In this document: piece by piece, positions 30,130 through 41,393 of the stretch
Layout: every line of letters starts with the position of its first letter
How positions within the stretch are numbered: position 1 is the stretch's first letter
Origin: a virus
Taxonomy: Duplodnaviria > Caudoviricetes
Strand: one strand, 5' to 3'
IMG/VR virus record: IMGVR_UViG_2595698964_000001
Location: 64,001 to 128,000 of that record
DNA: 64,000 nucleotides
Notes under the pieces: model-generated
Told to the model about the DNA's origin: nothing
Databases searched by the model: none
Seen by the model: only the letters and a program-made list of their open reading frames with translations
Translations under genes and position numbers: made by a program

Positions 30130-31350
30130 TTGAACTTAGTTGAAAGGATAGAGGACTTTGGAAAAGATACTGTTGTTGTTCCAGATTCCGTTTGGGAGTG
30201 CGAAGACTTACTGCCCATAGACATAAAGGTTTACAAGATAATACTAGCCTACAGTAAGCTGGCGTTGTCGTTAGGAGGTAAACTTACTAAGAAAGGTCAA
30301 CCTATAGTTAATGTGTCTCAAAAGACGCTTGCGGAGCGGGTACGGACGACTGTAAAAACTCTTCAGTCTAGTTTGGAAAGACTCGTTAGTGTTGGATTGA
30401 TAGAGGTTCAAAGATTCCGGACAGTTAATAAAAACAATAACATAATGCTAATTGGAGATTTCTACGGAATAGACACCGAGAACCCGGGAATTGAAACCAA
30501 AGAAGAACGTCCTGTTAAGATAGCTGATAAGTCAGTAAAACCAAAATTGTTGGGTGATGATGAAGTGACAGTTACTAAGCGTTTTGACCCTGAAAAATAC
30601 AAGAACAAACTCCGTAGTATTGGAGGTAAGACAAGAGAAGAACAGGAGATAATAGAGATTGCAAAGCACTATGACATGCTCGCGAGAAAGGTTCTCAAAA
30701 CAAGCGGTTATAGATCATTGTCTATTAAAGAGCCTCAAAAGCATAAGAACTGGCCAAAGTTTGAAAAGTATCGGGCGTTTTGTATAGAGAAAGACTTTGA
30801 TGCTCTGGTGTTCCTTGACGTACAATTTGAGAGGGCTACGAATCATTGGAAAGGTAGCAAATTCAAATTTCCGTTACCTCATATGCTTTGTTCCTCGGGA
30901 GCGGAGAAGTATTTTGTAAATTGGGTCAAAGAACAAGAGGAGAAGTATGGAAAAGATGTACGAAAGTCTAAGAAGCTGAAAGCAAAGAAAACAGAGAGTT
31001 TGAAAACGCAAGTTATACGGGGAATTGTCCAGACCTGCGAAAAGATGTCTAGACACTTTGAAAACGTCAAAGGAAAGCAAGAACGTGAGGAGACGAAGGT
31101 ATTAAAAATAACAGAGTATTGGATGTCTTACTCTTCTGCCTATTTGTACTCAGTTCCTTGGTTTAGAGACTACCTAGAGGAACTGTTGGGTGAGTCGAAC
31201 CCGCACCCTCGTCTACTAGAAGTAAAAGACGATTTCAGCCTATACGACAAAAATAAAAGAATACAAACTGTAATTTCAAAAACTGTTGATATGTCTGAGA
31301 AGGAGTTTGGTATCCCAGCTAACTTAGATTTGACTGAGTATGAGGAGTAA
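30130..31350 (+). CDS. HTH replication protein (putative initiator / helicase loader)
   Basis: VSQKTLAERV....TLQSSLERLVSVGLIEV winged HTH; located between two helicases. Confidence 0.7.
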   Translation: MNLVERIEDFGKDTVVVPDSVWECEDLLPIDIKVYKIILAYSKLALSLGGKLTKKGQPIVNVSQKTLAERVRTTVKTLQSSLERLVSVGLIEVQRFRTVNKNNNIMLIGDFYGIDTENPGIETKEERPVKIADKSVKPKLLGDDEVTVTKRFDPEKYKNKLRSIGGKTREEQEIIEIAKHYDMLARKVLKTSGYRSLSIKEPQKHKNWPKFEKYRAFCIEKDFDALVFLDVQFERATNHWKGSKFKFPLPHMLCSSGAEKYFVNWVKEQEEKYGKDVRKSKKLKAKKTESLKTQVIRGIVQTCEKMSRHFENVKGKQEREETKVLKITEYWMSYSSAYLYSVPWFRDYLEELLGESNPHPRLLEVKDDFSLYDKNKRIQTVISKTVDMSEKEFGIPANLDLTEYEE

Positions 31351-31372
31351 GTTTGTAAATATTGGCTTTATT
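31348..31372 (+). promoter_or_regulatory. phage-specific promoter motif (variant)
   Basis: TAAGTTTG-N10-CTTTATT upstream of the DnaB-like gene. Confidence 0.55.
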
Positions 31373-31396
31373 ATTTGTGTGATTTAGAAGGGAGGA

Positions 31397-32860
31397 GTGA
31401 AGAGATTGGCAGATGTGTATGACTTTAGTGGTTCTTTCCAGACAAAGATACTTGCTTTGCTTTGGAGGGACTCCTCTTTCTTTACTTTATATAGCGAGAC
31501 AGTAAAACCGCAGTATTTTGAATCCGAGATCCATATTGATCTAGCTAGAATAATTTTCACTCACTATGAGAAATATGAAGAACCGCCTTCTATGGAGGCT
31601 ATGGAGGAAGAAGTAAGAACGCTAGTTGGGTCATCAAAGATAAAATCTAAAAAATCTGACGAGTATTACTCGGAAGTTAATAAGCTCGTAGAGGCTAACC
31701 TTAACGACATGTCGTATGTTCGCGATAAGGTTATAGAGTTTGGTAAGCGACAAGCGGTTACTCAGGCAATCCTTGACTCGATTGATGATGTTAAAGCAGG
31801 GAAGAACTATGACAAAGTTGAGGAGCGTATTAAGTCAGCGACGCAGGTCGGAGAGGACATAGGTGACCATGGTACTGACTACTTCAGCGAAGAATCAATT
31901 GACGCTCGATTAGAAGAAACTTACGAAAAGAGTGAAGACCTCGAAAAGATACCGACCGGAATCGAACTTCTGGATAGAGTTATGGGCGGCGGCTTAGGTC
32001 GTAAAGAACTTGGAATTGTTATCGCGCCTCCGGGAACAGGTAAGACTCTTACTCTAATTAACATAGGGGCTAGCGCTATAAACAATAACAAGAACGTACT
32101 CCACCTCTCTTTTGAGATGTCAGAGGAGAAGGTTGCCCAGCGTTATGATATGAAGTTCTTGAACAGATCTAAGGACGCGATTAAAGGGAATCTTAAAAAG
32201 GTGTCAAAAGCTCTTAAAATGCTAGGTAACGCCCGCAAAGGAAAACTCATAATAAAAGAGTTTCCCACTAGAACTTGTACGCCTGATACGGTTAGAGCGT
32301 TAGTTACAAAACTTCGTATTTCAAAAGGTTTCGTTCCTGATCTTATTATCCTAGATTATCCAGATATTATGAAGCCATCTCGGACTTACGGGGAGCGTAG
32401 ACATGAGCTTGAGATGCTCTATGAAGATGTCCGCGCGTTAGGTTCTATCTTTGACTGCGCTGTTTGGGGCGCGTCTCAAACGAACAGGAGCGCGCTAGAT
32501 AAGAAAGTCGTTACGATTGCTGACCTAGCAGAATCGTTTGGTAAAGCTGCGGTCGCCGACTTTATGATTGCGTTGTCTCAAACGAAAAAGGAGAAAAAGC
32601 TTGGTCAAGTACGGTACTATATTGCGAAACACCGTAATGGTACGGACGGAGAAACAATACATTGTGATATTTGGTACGAGAAGATGACGGTACAGTCTAA
32701 CGAAGAACGTGAATCTGCTTTCGATATGGAAGATGACGAGGACGACATTGAAGAAAACAAACCTAAAAAGAAAACTTTCTCAGGTAAACGTGGAAAAAAG
32801 AAAGATAATGATGGTAGCGAAGTTGCTAATGCTATTATGAATGAGATGAATGGAGTGTAA
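31397..32860 (+). CDS. dnaB: replicative DnaB-like helicase
   Basis: IPTG, APPGTGKT, SFEMSE, ILDY, SQTNR and KHRNG motifs. Confidence 0.9.
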   Translation: MKRLADVYDFSGSFQTKILALLWRDSSFFTLYSETVKPQYFESEIHIDLARIIFTHYEKYEEPPSMEAMEEEVRTLVGSSKIKSKKSDEYYSEVNKLVEANLNDMSYVRDKVIEFGKRQAVTQAILDSIDDVKAGKNYDKVEERIKSATQVGEDIGDHGTDYFSEESIDARLEETYEKSEDLEKIPTGIELLDRVMGGGLGRKELGIVIAPPGTGKTLTLINIGASAINNNKNVLHLSFEMSEEKVAQRYDMKFLNRSKDAIKGNLKKVSKALKMLGNARKGKLIIKEFPTRTCTPDTVRALVTKLRISKGFVPDLIILDYPDIMKPSRTYGERRHELEMLYEDVRALGSIFDCAVWGASQTNRSALDKKVVTIADLAESFGKAAVADFMIALSQTKKEKKLGQVRYYIAKHRNGTDGETIHCDIWYEKMTVQSNEERESAFDMEDDEDDIEENKPKKKTFSGKRGKKKDNDGSEVANAIMNEMNGV

Positions 32861-32863
32861 TAT

Positions 32864-33922
32864 ATGAGACTTGTAGCGTTTGGAGACTTACATGCTCACG
32901 ATTTTGCTGAGTTTGCGGAACCTCACGAGAAATACGCGAATACTAGACTAAAGGCTATTGTAGATGTTTTAGAGAACATGATAGACTACTGTAAACAAGA
33001 GGGCATCGAGTATGTCCTTTTCGCTGGAGACTTGTTTCATAAGCGCGTTCTTGTAGACACAAGGGTTAAAAATATAATTTATGACGTAGTAGCGGAATCA
33101 GGGTTACAATGGATTATGATACCCGGAAACCATGATCAGGTCGATAACTCTGATTACCCTCAACATTCCCTTCATACGTTTAAGGATATTAGCGGTGTTG
33201 TTGTACTCGACAGATTCGCGTCTTATACGCTGCTTACTCCTCCGGGAGAAGATGATGTTAAGATATTCCCTTCGCCTTACTCTAAAAATACTGCGATGGT
33301 TAAGGACAACTTGGCTGGTTACATAAATGAAATTAAGCAGGATAAGGAAGAAGGAGCAGATTATTGTAACATCCTACTTGGACATGCCGGTATAAGTGGG
33401 GCTACAGTAGGTAAATCGAGGTACGCTATGCAAGACGCCTTCGGGATTAATGATTTCTACCCAGACGTGTTTAACTTTGGTGTTTTCGGTCACTACCACC
33501 GGAGACAAAGATTAGACCATTATGAGACATTTGCCTATACGGGTTCACCGTTACAGCATAACTTTAATGATGAAGGACAATCGAATGGCTTTTTACTTCT
33601 TGACACTGTAACAGGAGACTTAGACTTTGTTGATGTCCTGTCGCCTAAATTTATAACTGTTAAGACGAAAAACTATGATCCTGACGACTTGAGAGGAAAT
33701 TATGTGAGGTTTCAAATTCCCGCGGACGAGGTTGAAAGCCTCGCAGAAGAGCTCCCGGAAGAGTTACATCACCGAATCGAGCCTCAAAAAGAGTTTAAAG
33801 AAGAGAAGCGTGTTGATGTAGACCACTCTATGTCATCGTCAGAGGTTGTTAAGACTTACTGCGATCAATTCAACCCAGAGGCTACGTCAGTTTTGTTAGA
33901 CATACTTAGCGAGGTGGAATAA
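32864..33922 (+). CDS. Mre11/SbcD-like nuclease (T4 gp47-like)
   Basis: GDLH, AGDLFH, GNHD, GHYH and YTGSP motifs. Confidence 0.92.
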   Translation: MRLVAFGDLHAHDFAEFAEPHEKYANTRLKAIVDVLENMIDYCKQEGIEYVLFAGDLFHKRVLVDTRVKNIIYDVVAESGLQWIMIPGNHDQVDNSDYPQHSLHTFKDISGVVVLDRFASYTLLTPPGEDDVKIFPSPYSKNTAMVKDNLAGYINEIKQDKEEGADYCNILLGHAGISGATVGKSRYAMQDAFGINDFYPDVFNFGVFGHYHRRQRLDHYETFAYTGSPLQHNFNDEGQSNGFLLLDTVTGDLDFVDVLSPKFITVKTKNYDPDDLRGNYVRFQIPADEVESLAEELPEELHHRIEPQKEFKEEKRVDVDHSMSSSEVVKTYCDQFNPEATSVLLDILSEVE

Positions 33923-35925
33923 TGAGACTTTTGAAAGTTGAGCTTCAAAACTTTATGTCTGTTAGATCAACTTCTGTGGTTTTAGAGAACCAAGGGTTGT
34001 TGCTACTCCAAGGTAGAAATAATGACGCTCCAGAGTTCGAATCAAATGGAGCAGGAAAGTCTACCATATTTGAAGCGATTATTTACGCTATCTATGAAAA
34101 GTCCCTACGTGGGCTGTCTCCGAATGAGCTTGTTAACAACGAGGTTGGACGTAATATGATTGTACGGCTAGACGTTGAAGGTGATGACAAACAGCTGTAT
34201 AAAATTGTAAGGTATCGTAAACACCGAGAACATAAGAATAACTCTTACGTGTTCCAGCAAGGAGTCAACATAACTCCAAAGAGTACAAAAGATGTTAACA
34301 AGTTCATAGAAGACCTTTTTAGAATTGACTATTCAACGTTCACTAACTCGATACTATTTGGTAGCGGTATGGTGAAGACGTTTACTGCGGCTTCTGACGC
34401 TGAGAAAAAGTCAATACTTGAGAATATGCTACAACTCGATGTTTGGCCAAAAGCACAGGAGGTGGCGAAGAAGCGACTCAAAAAACAGAAGGAGCTCCTT
34501 CAAGAAACTGATACCAAGATTCAAAAAATAGTGACCTCGATAGAGGAGGCAGAAACAACCGTAACCTTTTTGAAAGAAAAGCAGAAGGAAGAACTTCAAG
34601 ATCGTGCGGAAACACTTAAGCGACTCAAAAAAGAACTAAAAGAGCTGAAGAAAGAAACGACTCTGGAGATTAAGAAAGTTGAGAAGGCTTTGGAAGCGAA
34701 AGAAAAAGAGCTTACAATGTCTTCTGCGGATGAGACGGATGAGGAAGAAACCCTTGAAAAATATGAGAAGACACTAACGTTGATAACAAAGAAGGAAACG
34801 AAGTTAAAAAAGTCTGAAAAAAGTTATAACAAGGGGCAAGCACGTCTCGAGTCTCTTAAGCTGGAAATGAAGAGAGGAAAGACACAGATTAAAAAACTGT
34901 TAACAGAGAAAGAAAAGATAAAAGAGGGGGAAGGCTCTTCTTGTCCAGTCTGTAAACAAGAGATAACTGTGGAATCTATTGAGGGCTCATTGAAACATAT
35001 TGATGCGCAAATTGAAGAGGTTAGTAAAGAGACATCCGAGATTCAGGCAGAAGCGAAACAGCTACTAAAGACCTTGAAGAAGATGGAGAACAGTCTAGAG
35101 GAAGACCGTGAAAAATTGTCAGATAAAAAGCGTGTTGTTCAGGAGAAAATTTATGAAGTTAAGTCTTCTATTAAGGTAAGAGAGAAAGCTAGAAAGCTTC
35201 TTTCTAGGGAAGTTGACTCTCTCAAAGACGACCTCGAAAAACTTTCAGAAGGGAGAGAGTTGAAGCGCCTTAAACAAAGAATAAAAGAGCTAGAAGAGAG
35301 CGAAGACTCTTACAGTGAAGCAATAACCGAAAAACGAGATGAGATAGATGAGAAGAGAAAAAGACTAGAAGAGATTAAGGAAAGCACTAAAGAGGGCAGG
35401 GAGTTACTTAAGCATCTCGAGTTCGCGGTAGACGCGTTTGGTAACTCTGGTATAAAGTCTTACCTGTTAGACTCTGTGACCCCGTATTTGAATACTAAGG
35501 CAAACTATTATCTTTCTAAACTATCAGGCAATACGGCTGAGATCGAGTTCTCAACTCAAACGAAGCTAGCTAACGGCGAGGTAAGAGATAAATTTGAAGT
35601 ACGTGTTACGAATATGGTTGGAGGCGACTCGTATAAAGCGAACTCGACGGGAGAGAAGAGACGTTTTGATCTTGCGATTTCACTAGCGCTTCAAGATTTG
35701 ATTATGTCTCGGTCAAACTCAAAGCTCAACCTGCTGATGTATGACGAGATATTTGATGGGCTCGATGCTGTTGGATGTGAAAACGCGATTCAGCTACTAC
35801 ATGATATTCAGAAAAACTTCGAGTCTATTTTTGTAATAACTCATAACGATATTCTAAAGTCATACTTTGATAATGTCCTAGAGATAACAAAAGAGAATGG
35901 ACAGACAACAACTAAGCTTTTGTAG
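33922..35925 (+). CDS. Rad50/SbcC-like ATPase (T4 gp46-like)
   Basis: NGAGKST, coiled coil with CPVC zinc hook, STGEK, YDEIFDGLD and ITH motifs. Confidence 0.93.
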   Translation: MRLLKVELQNFMSVRSTSVVLENQGLLLLQGRNNDAPEFESNGAGKSTIFEAIIYAIYEKSLRGLSPNELVNNEVGRNMIVRLDVEGDDKQLYKIVRYRKHREHKNNSYVFQQGVNITPKSTKDVNKFIEDLFRIDYSTFTNSILFGSGMVKTFTAASDAEKKSILENMLQLDVWPKAQEVAKKRLKKQKELLQETDTKIQKIVTSIEEAETTVTFLKEKQKEELQDRAETLKRLKKELKELKKETTLEIKKVEKALEAKEKELTMSSADETDEEETLEKYEKTLTLITKKETKLKKSEKSYNKGQARLESLKLEMKRGKTQIKKLLTEKEKIKEGEGSSCPVCKQEITVESIEGSLKHIDAQIEEVSKETSEIQAEAKQLLKTLKKMENSLEEDREKLSDKKRVVQEKIYEVKSSIKVREKARKLLSREVDSLKDDLEKLSEGRELKRLKQRIKELEESEDSYSEAITEKRDEIDEKRKRLEEIKESTKEGRELLKHLEFAVDAFGNSGIKSYLLDSVTPYLNTKANYYLSKLSGNTAEIEFSTQTKLANGEVRDKFEVRVTNMVGGDSYKANSTGEKRRFDLAISLALQDLIMSRSNSKLNLLMYDEIFDGLDAVGCENAIQLLHDIQKNFESIFVITHNDILKSYFDNVLEITKENGQTTTKLL

Positions 35926-35941
35926 GGGAAGAAGGTGAATT

Positions 35942-36190
35942 ATGGAGACAATTGAGGAAATCAAAGAAGCTCGAAGAGAACTATTGAAGGAAGAGACTAA
36001 ATGCTGGCTAGAAAACTGCGAGCCATGTACGTTAATTTCTGAGGCTATAAAACGCGGAGAGTTAACACCTGGCACTGACTGTTCTAGATCGAACCCGGTC
36101 TGTGATGCTTGTCCTATCCATAAAAAGATGTTGGATTTTGGTGACAAACTCCTAGATTTAACACTAAAAGAACGTTACCTGAGGGGTTGA
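35942..36190 (+). CDS. small Cys-rich zinc-binding protein
   Basis: CWLENCEPC...CSRSNPVCDACP. Confidence 0.6.
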   Translation: METIEEIKEARRELLKEETKCWLENCEPCTLISEAIKRGELTPGTDCSRSNPVCDACPIHKKMLDFGDKLLDLTLKERYLRG

Positions 36191-36196
36191 TGTGTT

Positions 36197-37201
36197 ATGT
36201 TTGTAGACTACGTTGTTGGGTTTCTGGGCGATCCCAGATGGAACCTCGCGGAAACAGAAGCCCAATGGTGTTGTCCCTTCTGTACCGATACAAGGTATAG
36301 ATTCCGAATAAACGCGGACACCTTACAAGCTTACTGTTTTAACTGTCAATGGAAAGGGAACGCAGTAAAATTCGTTGCCGACTTTCAAAAACTTAACTTT
36401 CACGAAGCCCTAGACATCGTAAACTTTTATCAAGACTTCCGACCTCTTCCTGAGGATATTTATGAAGAGGTTTTTGATAAATTGTATGATGTAGAGTATG
36501 AGCCCGAGAAGACGTATATAAGCTTGCCAGAGGACTTTAAGAGGTTGGACGATACTAAGTCCTATATGGCTAAAAGATACTTTAAATACGCCTATAAACG
36601 TGGTTTAACAGATAAACAAATAGCTACTCATGGAGCGGGTTTTTGTCCGGAGGGTAAGATTGTAACAAAAACAAAGTCGGGGGAAGAGAAGCAGTCCTTT
36701 TTGAGAAACCGATTAATATTACAAGCGTACAACGATGAAGGCGAACCTATTTATTGGAATGCCAGAGCAATCCTTGATAATATAGTCCCTAAATCGTACA
36801 ACCCTACGGGAGATATCCGGACAATAAACAAATCTGACGTTATATTTAACTTCAATAACGCCAAGAAAAAGGGAGCTTGCGTGATTACAGAGGGGATATT
36901 TGATGCTACGACTGTAGGTAGTCTAGGAGTAAGCATATTCGGGAAGACACTCTCAACTAAACAGCTGTTACAATTAGTCCAAGCGGACTTGGAAGCTGTT
37001 TACATAATGCTTGACCCGGATGCATTAGAAGACGCTATAAAAATGGCTACCATGGTTAGCAAACATATTTCAAATACGTATATCTGTTATCTAAAAGGCG
37101 GAGACCCCAACGAGGTTGGAAGAAAAGGTTGTTTGAGAGCGATCAAAGAAGCAGAGAAGTTTGATAACTACACTGCTATAAAATATAAATTTTTACACTA
37201 A
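36197..37201 (+). CDS. DNA primase
   Basis: CPFC..CFNC zinc finger; TOPRIM motifs EGIFDA, LDPDA and DPNE. Confidence 0.92.
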   Translation: MFVDYVVGFLGDPRWNLAETEAQWCCPFCTDTRYRFRINADTLQAYCFNCQWKGNAVKFVADFQKLNFHEALDIVNFYQDFRPLPEDIYEEVFDKLYDVEYEPEKTYISLPEDFKRLDDTKSYMAKRYFKYAYKRGLTDKQIATHGAGFCPEGKIVTKTKSGEEKQSFLRNRLILQAYNDEGEPIYWNARAILDNIVPKSYNPTGDIRTINKSDVIFNFNNAKKKGACVITEGIFDATTVGSLGVSIFGKTLSTKQLLQLVQADLEAVYIMLDPDALEDAIKMATMVSKHISNTYICYLKGGDPNEVGRKGCLRAIKEAEKFDNYTAIKYKFLH

Positions 37202-37205
37202 GGAG

Positions 37206-37826
37206 ATGTTAATTATGGATTCGATTAAAATTGGTCATAACAGCGGAGTTTTTACTACTAGTCCTGCGGGGGTTGTGCTAGCGAGTGCTGAAGATTTGAG
37301 ACAACTTCGTAAGGAGATCGACGAGATTAGACAGAGTCTCAAAGAACCTGAGGTGTTTTATTATAGTGAACTAGACGGAGTTGAGCTAAAGTATAGTAAA
37401 GAGGGAGACGCTGGTATTAATATACCTATCTATGACGAGCGGTTTACAAACGGGGAGCTTAGTACTACTGGCGAATATGTGTTACAACCGGGGCAAAAAT
37501 TGACTGTAAAAACTGGTGTTTACCTTGGTGTTCCGCAAGGTTGGTATGCGATGGTTGATACGCGTAGCAGTACGTCTAAAGTAGCTCTAGACTTGCTTTG
37601 TCGTACCGTTGACAGTCCGTATCGGGGTAACATTAGACTAGCGCTTATTAACCTTAACAGTGAACCAGTAGTGTTGAAAAATGGGTCAGAAATCTGCCAA
37701 CTTGTCATAAAAAGACACGCGACAGCTAAATTAACGAAGTGTACAACTATTGAAGAAATGACCAAACTTGCTGGCGAGACATCTCGTGGAGCTGCTGGAT
37801 TTGGATCAACCGGAGGAGGTTACTAA
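37206..37826 (+). CDS. dut: trimeric dUTPase
   Basis: DAG, RSS, TVDSPYRG, CQLV and RGAAGFGSTG motifs. Confidence 0.9.
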   Translation: MLIMDSIKIGHNSGVFTTSPAGVVLASAEDLRQLRKEIDEIRQSLKEPEVFYYSELDGVELKYSKEGDAGINIPIYDERFTNGELSTTGEYVLQPGQKLTVKTGVYLGVPQGWYAMVDTRSSTSKVALDLLCRTVDSPYRGNIRLALINLNSEPVVLKNGSEICQLVIKRHATAKLTKCTTIEEMTKLAGETSRGAAGFGSTGGGY

Positions 37827-37827
37827 G

Positions 37828-38163
37828 ATGAGTAAAACAAACAAGAACACTGAGAAGAAACAACGTAGAATGGAAAGAGAATTTAGTAAAGTCGCGACGC
37901 GAGGAGAGGCTTTTGATATAGCGAAAGAGGTTTCAGCGGGAATCCTAAGAGGTGCATACAGTGAACTAAGTGTTCCGTTGAGACAAAGTTTATTATCAGT
38001 TCTTGCTATTTCCGATGTTTTAATGTCAAAGGGGCTTGTAACGAAAGAAGAGCTTGACGAGGCTATTGCAAAACAAGCTGAACTCGTCTCGACCCCTGAA
38101 ACATTAAACGATGCGGGTGATGAAGATGACGGAAGTGAAAAAGAGGAAGAACTCAAGAGCTAA
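37828..38163 (+). CDS. hypothetical protein
   Basis: Start ATG 37828 with RBS GGAGGAGGT. Confidence 0.6.
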   Translation: MSKTNKNTEKKQRRMEREFSKVATRGEAFDIAKEVSAGILRGAYSELSVPLRQSLLSVLAISDVLMSKGLVTKEELDEAIAKQAELVSTPETLNDAGDEDDGSEKEEELKS

Positions 38164-38668
38164 AGGAGCATCATTTGAGCGTAAAATTGCGAAAGACCTT
38201 ACTGCTTGGTGGGGTGACTCATTTACTAAGACGCCGAGCAGTGGAGGACTACGTTGGGGACAAGATCACCGCGTAACAGGAGACATTGTACCATCTGAAG
38301 ACGCAAAAGACTTCCCTTTTGTAGTTGAATGTAAAAAGAGGGAGAACTGGGATTTTGAGCAAATCATAAAAGGTACAGGGGAAGTACCTAGCTGGTGGGA
38401 ACAAGCTTACAACGATAACTTACGACTAGGCGATCATAAAAAGACGCCAATTCTTATCTTTTCGAAAAACCGTTCTCCAGTTTACTTTATGGTACTTAAG
38501 ACTGTACAAGAGCTCTTAAAACTGGATTCTGTAGACTACTTTGAAACGACAATTGCCTTCAAAGATTTACAGAACGGTACTGACTTGGAAAGAAAAGTTT
38601 ACATTGGTCTCCTTGGAGATTTAATGAAACTTGAAAGGAGTTACGTTGTTTCTGCGTTAAGCTTTTGA
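38126..38668 (+). CDS. Holliday junction resolvase (PD-(D/E)xK)
   Basis: SRAKGASFER, GDIV, VECK and WWEQA motifs. Confidence 0.85.
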   Translation: MTEVKKRKNSRAKGASFERKIAKDLTAWWGDSFTKTPSSGGLRWGQDHRVTGDIVPSEDAKDFPFVVECKKRENWDFEQIIKGTGEVPSWWEQAYNDNLRLGDHKKTPILIFSKNRSPVYFMVLKTVQELLKLDSVDYFETTIAFKDLQNGTDLERKVYIGLLGDLMKLERSYVVSALSF

Positions 38669-38680
38669 TTCAACTTATAC

Positions 38681-38723
38681 TTGGGTTGGGAGATGATCGG
38701 TTATCTCCTGACCCTAATTTTTT
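38681..38723 (+). terminator. intrinsic terminator
   Basis: GGGTTGGGAGAT/ATCTCCTGACCC stem followed by Ts. Confidence 0.7.
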
Positions 38724-38815
38724 ATACTCTAAAATCTTTAACTCGAATGATTAACATTTTTATTTACTGCGTAAGAAACTAACGTGCGGTTAAATTTACC
38801 GGGAGGTTGTTTATA

Positions 38816-39184
38816 TTGTTGGTTGTTTATGATTCAAAAACGGGAAACGTTGAAAGATTTGTTAAAAAGTTGACTACAACTGCGGTAAAAGTATCAGATG
38901 ACCTTGTGGTTAATGAGCCTTTTGTTATAGTGACCTACACTACCGGGTTTGGTAATACACCAGAGAGTACAATTAGATTCTTAGAGCGTAACAAAACGTT
39001 TTTAAGAGGTGTGTCTTCAAGCGGAAACCGTGTTTGGGGAGTAAACTTTGCAAAATCAGCCTTTTATATAGCGAAGTGCTTTGATGTTCCGATACTAAAC
39101 CAATTTGAACTCTCGGGAACTACAACTGACGTCGAAGAATTTCTTACAGCATTAGAGAGACTTGAAAGGGGAGATTTACGTTGA
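38816..39184 (+). CDS. nrdI: NrdI flavodoxin
   Basis: YDSKTGNVERFV, TYTTGFG, SSGNRVWG and FELSG motifs. Confidence 0.92.
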   Translation: MLVVYDSKTGNVERFVKKLTTTAVKVSDDLVVNEPFVIVTYTTGFGNTPESTIRFLERNKTFLRGVSSSGNRVWGVNFAKSAFYIAKCFDVPILNQFELSGTTTDVEEFLTALERLERGDLR

Positions 39185-41283
39185 CTGAAAATAACGTACC
39201 GTCTTGGGTAAGACTTAACAACGAAGTAATGCTAAGGAAAAATGGAGTACTTCAATTTGAGAAAGATGAAGAAGCGGTAAGAAGCTACTTTGTTGACCAT
39301 ATAAATAAAAATACTGTATTCTTTCACGACCTTGCAGAAAAACTAGAGTATCTGCTGGAAAACGACTACTATGAAGAAGAGGTGCTGAGTCAATACTCAG
39401 AGGAAGAACTTGAACGTGTCTATAAGGCAGCGTATGACAAAGAGTTCCGTTTCCCATCTTTTATGAGTGCGTTTAAGTTCTACAACGACTATGCGCTTAA
39501 AACGAACGACAAAAAACGTATCTTAGAACGGTACGAAGACCGTGTTGTAATTGTAGCGCTTTTCTTTGGAGATGGAGATGTTGAAAAGGCGTTAGCCTTT
39601 GTAGACACTATGATGAATCAAGAGTTTCAACCTGCTACCCCTACGTTTTTAAACGCGGGACGTAAACGTAGAGGAGAGCTTGTAAGCTGTTTCTTACTAG
39701 AGGTGGGGGACTCTCTGAACGACATTGCGATGGCGGTCGAGACTGCTATGCAACTGTCAAAAGTAGGCGGAGGCGTATCATTAAACCTTTCGAAAATCCG
39801 TTCTCAAGGAGAAGCCATCAAAGAGATCAAGGGAGCTGCTAAAGGCGTTGTAGGGGTTATGAAACTTCTTGATAACGCCTTCCGTTATGCAGACCAGATG
39901 GGACAACGACAAGGCTCTGGTAGCGCGTATTTAAATATTTTTCACGCCGATATTAATGAGTTCCTCGATACAAAGAAAATATCTGCTGACGAGGACGTGC
40001 GCGCTAAAACTTTGTCTATTGGTGTTGTAATTCCGGACAAGTTTATTGAACTCGCCCGGGAAGGTAAAGATGCGTATATTTTCCACCCAAGAACTGTGTA
40101 TAAAGCGTATGGGGAACACTTAGACGAATTAGACATTAACGAGAAATACGACGAGCTTGTAAACAACGAGTTAGTCGAGAAAAAACGAATCAACCCACGT
40201 AAGCTACTAGAAAAACTTGCTGTACTTCGTATGGAGTCTGGATACCCGTATATTATGTTCCAAGATAACGTAAATAAAGTACATGCGTTAAACCCTGTTA
40301 GTAAAGTTAAGTTCTCAAACTTATGTTCTGAGGTGTTACAAGCCTCTAAAGTATCTGAGTACACTGACTATGGTAAAGAAGACAATATTGGTCTCGATAT
40401 TTCTTGTAACCTTGGATCTATTAATATTAAGAACGTTATGTCTAACAACTCTATTGAAAAAACAGTTAAGCTGGCTGTGGAAGCTCTGACTAAGGTTTCT
40501 CGCTCTACGAGCATAACAAACGCTCCGGCAGTAAAACGCGCTAATGAACTTATGAAGTCTATAGGACTAGGCGCTCTTAACCTTCATGGGTATCTCGCGC
40601 ATGTCGGTATTTCTTATGAAAGTAAGGAAGCAATAGACTTTGTAAACGTGTTTTTCTCTTTAGTTAACTATTGGTCATTAGTTAAGTCAAACGAGATCGC
40701 TGAAGAAACAGGAGAAACATTCGAAGGATTTGAGAAATCAACTTACGCTTCTGGAGAATACTTTGGTATGTATCTTACTGAGGACTTTACGCCTGTTACA
40801 GAAAAGGTTAAGGGACTCTTTGTTGACACTTGGATTCCTAGTAGAAAAGACTGGGAGACTCTGAGAGACCGTGTAAAGAAAACTGGGTTGTTCCACTCCT
40901 ATAGGTTAGCTATCGCGCCTACCGGGTCTATTTCTTATGTACAGTCCGCGACGGCTTCTGTTATGCCTATTATGGAACGTGTTGAAGAAAGAACTTATGG
41001 AAACAGTAAAACTTACTATCCGATGCCGGGATTGTCTCCTCAAAATTGGTTCTTCTACAAAGAGGCATACGACATGGATATGTTTAAGGTGGTCGATCTA
41101 ATTGCTACTATTCAGAGACACGTTGACCAAGGAATTAGTTTTACACTATTCCTAAACGATCAGATGACTACACGGGATATTAACCGGATTGACCTTTATG
41201 CTCATCATAAAGGAATAAAAACCCTTTATTACGCTCGTACAAAAGACACTGGACAAGAAAGTTGTCTCTCTTGTGTAGTATGA
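39181..41283 (+). CDS. nrdE: class Ib ribonucleotide reductase alpha subunit
   Basis: [31 protein letters not shown] and C-terminal CLSCVV. Confidence 0.97.
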   Translation: MTENNVPSWVRLNNEVMLRKNGVLQFEKDEEAVRSYFVDHINKNTVFFHDLAEKLEYLLENDYYEEEVLSQYSEEELERVYKAAYDKEFRFPSFMSAFKFYNDYALKTNDKKRILERYEDRVVIVALFFGDGDVEKALAFVDTMMNQEFQPATPTFLNAGRKRRGELVSCFLLEVGDSLNDIAMAVETAMQLSKVGGGVSLNLSKIRSQGEAIKEIKGAAKGVVGVMKLLDNAFRYADQMGQRQGSGSAYLNIFHADINEFLDTKKISADEDVRAKTLSIGVVIPDKFIELAREGKDAYIFHPRTVYKAYGEHLDELDINEKYDELVNNELVEKKRINPRKLLEKLAVLRMESGYPYIMFQDNVNKVHALNPVSKVKFSNLCSEVLQASKVSEYTDYGKEDNIGLDISCNLGSINIKNVMSNNSIEKTVKLAVEALTKVSRSTSITNAPAVKRANELMKSIGLGALNLHGYLAHVGISYESKEAIDFVNVFFSLVNYWSLVKSNEIAEETGETFEGFEKSTYASGEYFGMYLTEDFTPVTEKVKGLFVDTWIPSRKDWETLRDRVKKTGLFHSYRLAIAPTGSISYVQSATASVMPIMERVEERTYGNSKTYYPMPGLSPQNWFFYKEAYDMDMFKVVDLIATIQRHVDQGISFTLFLNDQMTTRDINRIDLYAHHKGIKTLYYARTKDTGQESCLSCVV

Positions 41284-41393
41284 GTCCGTTTAAAAGAATG
41301 ATAGAACGTGTTGAGACTGACAAGGAGGAGTTCTTTAGGGAGCTCCTTAAAACTAACGAACAGAAACGACAAGAGCGCGAGGAGGCTTTTAAA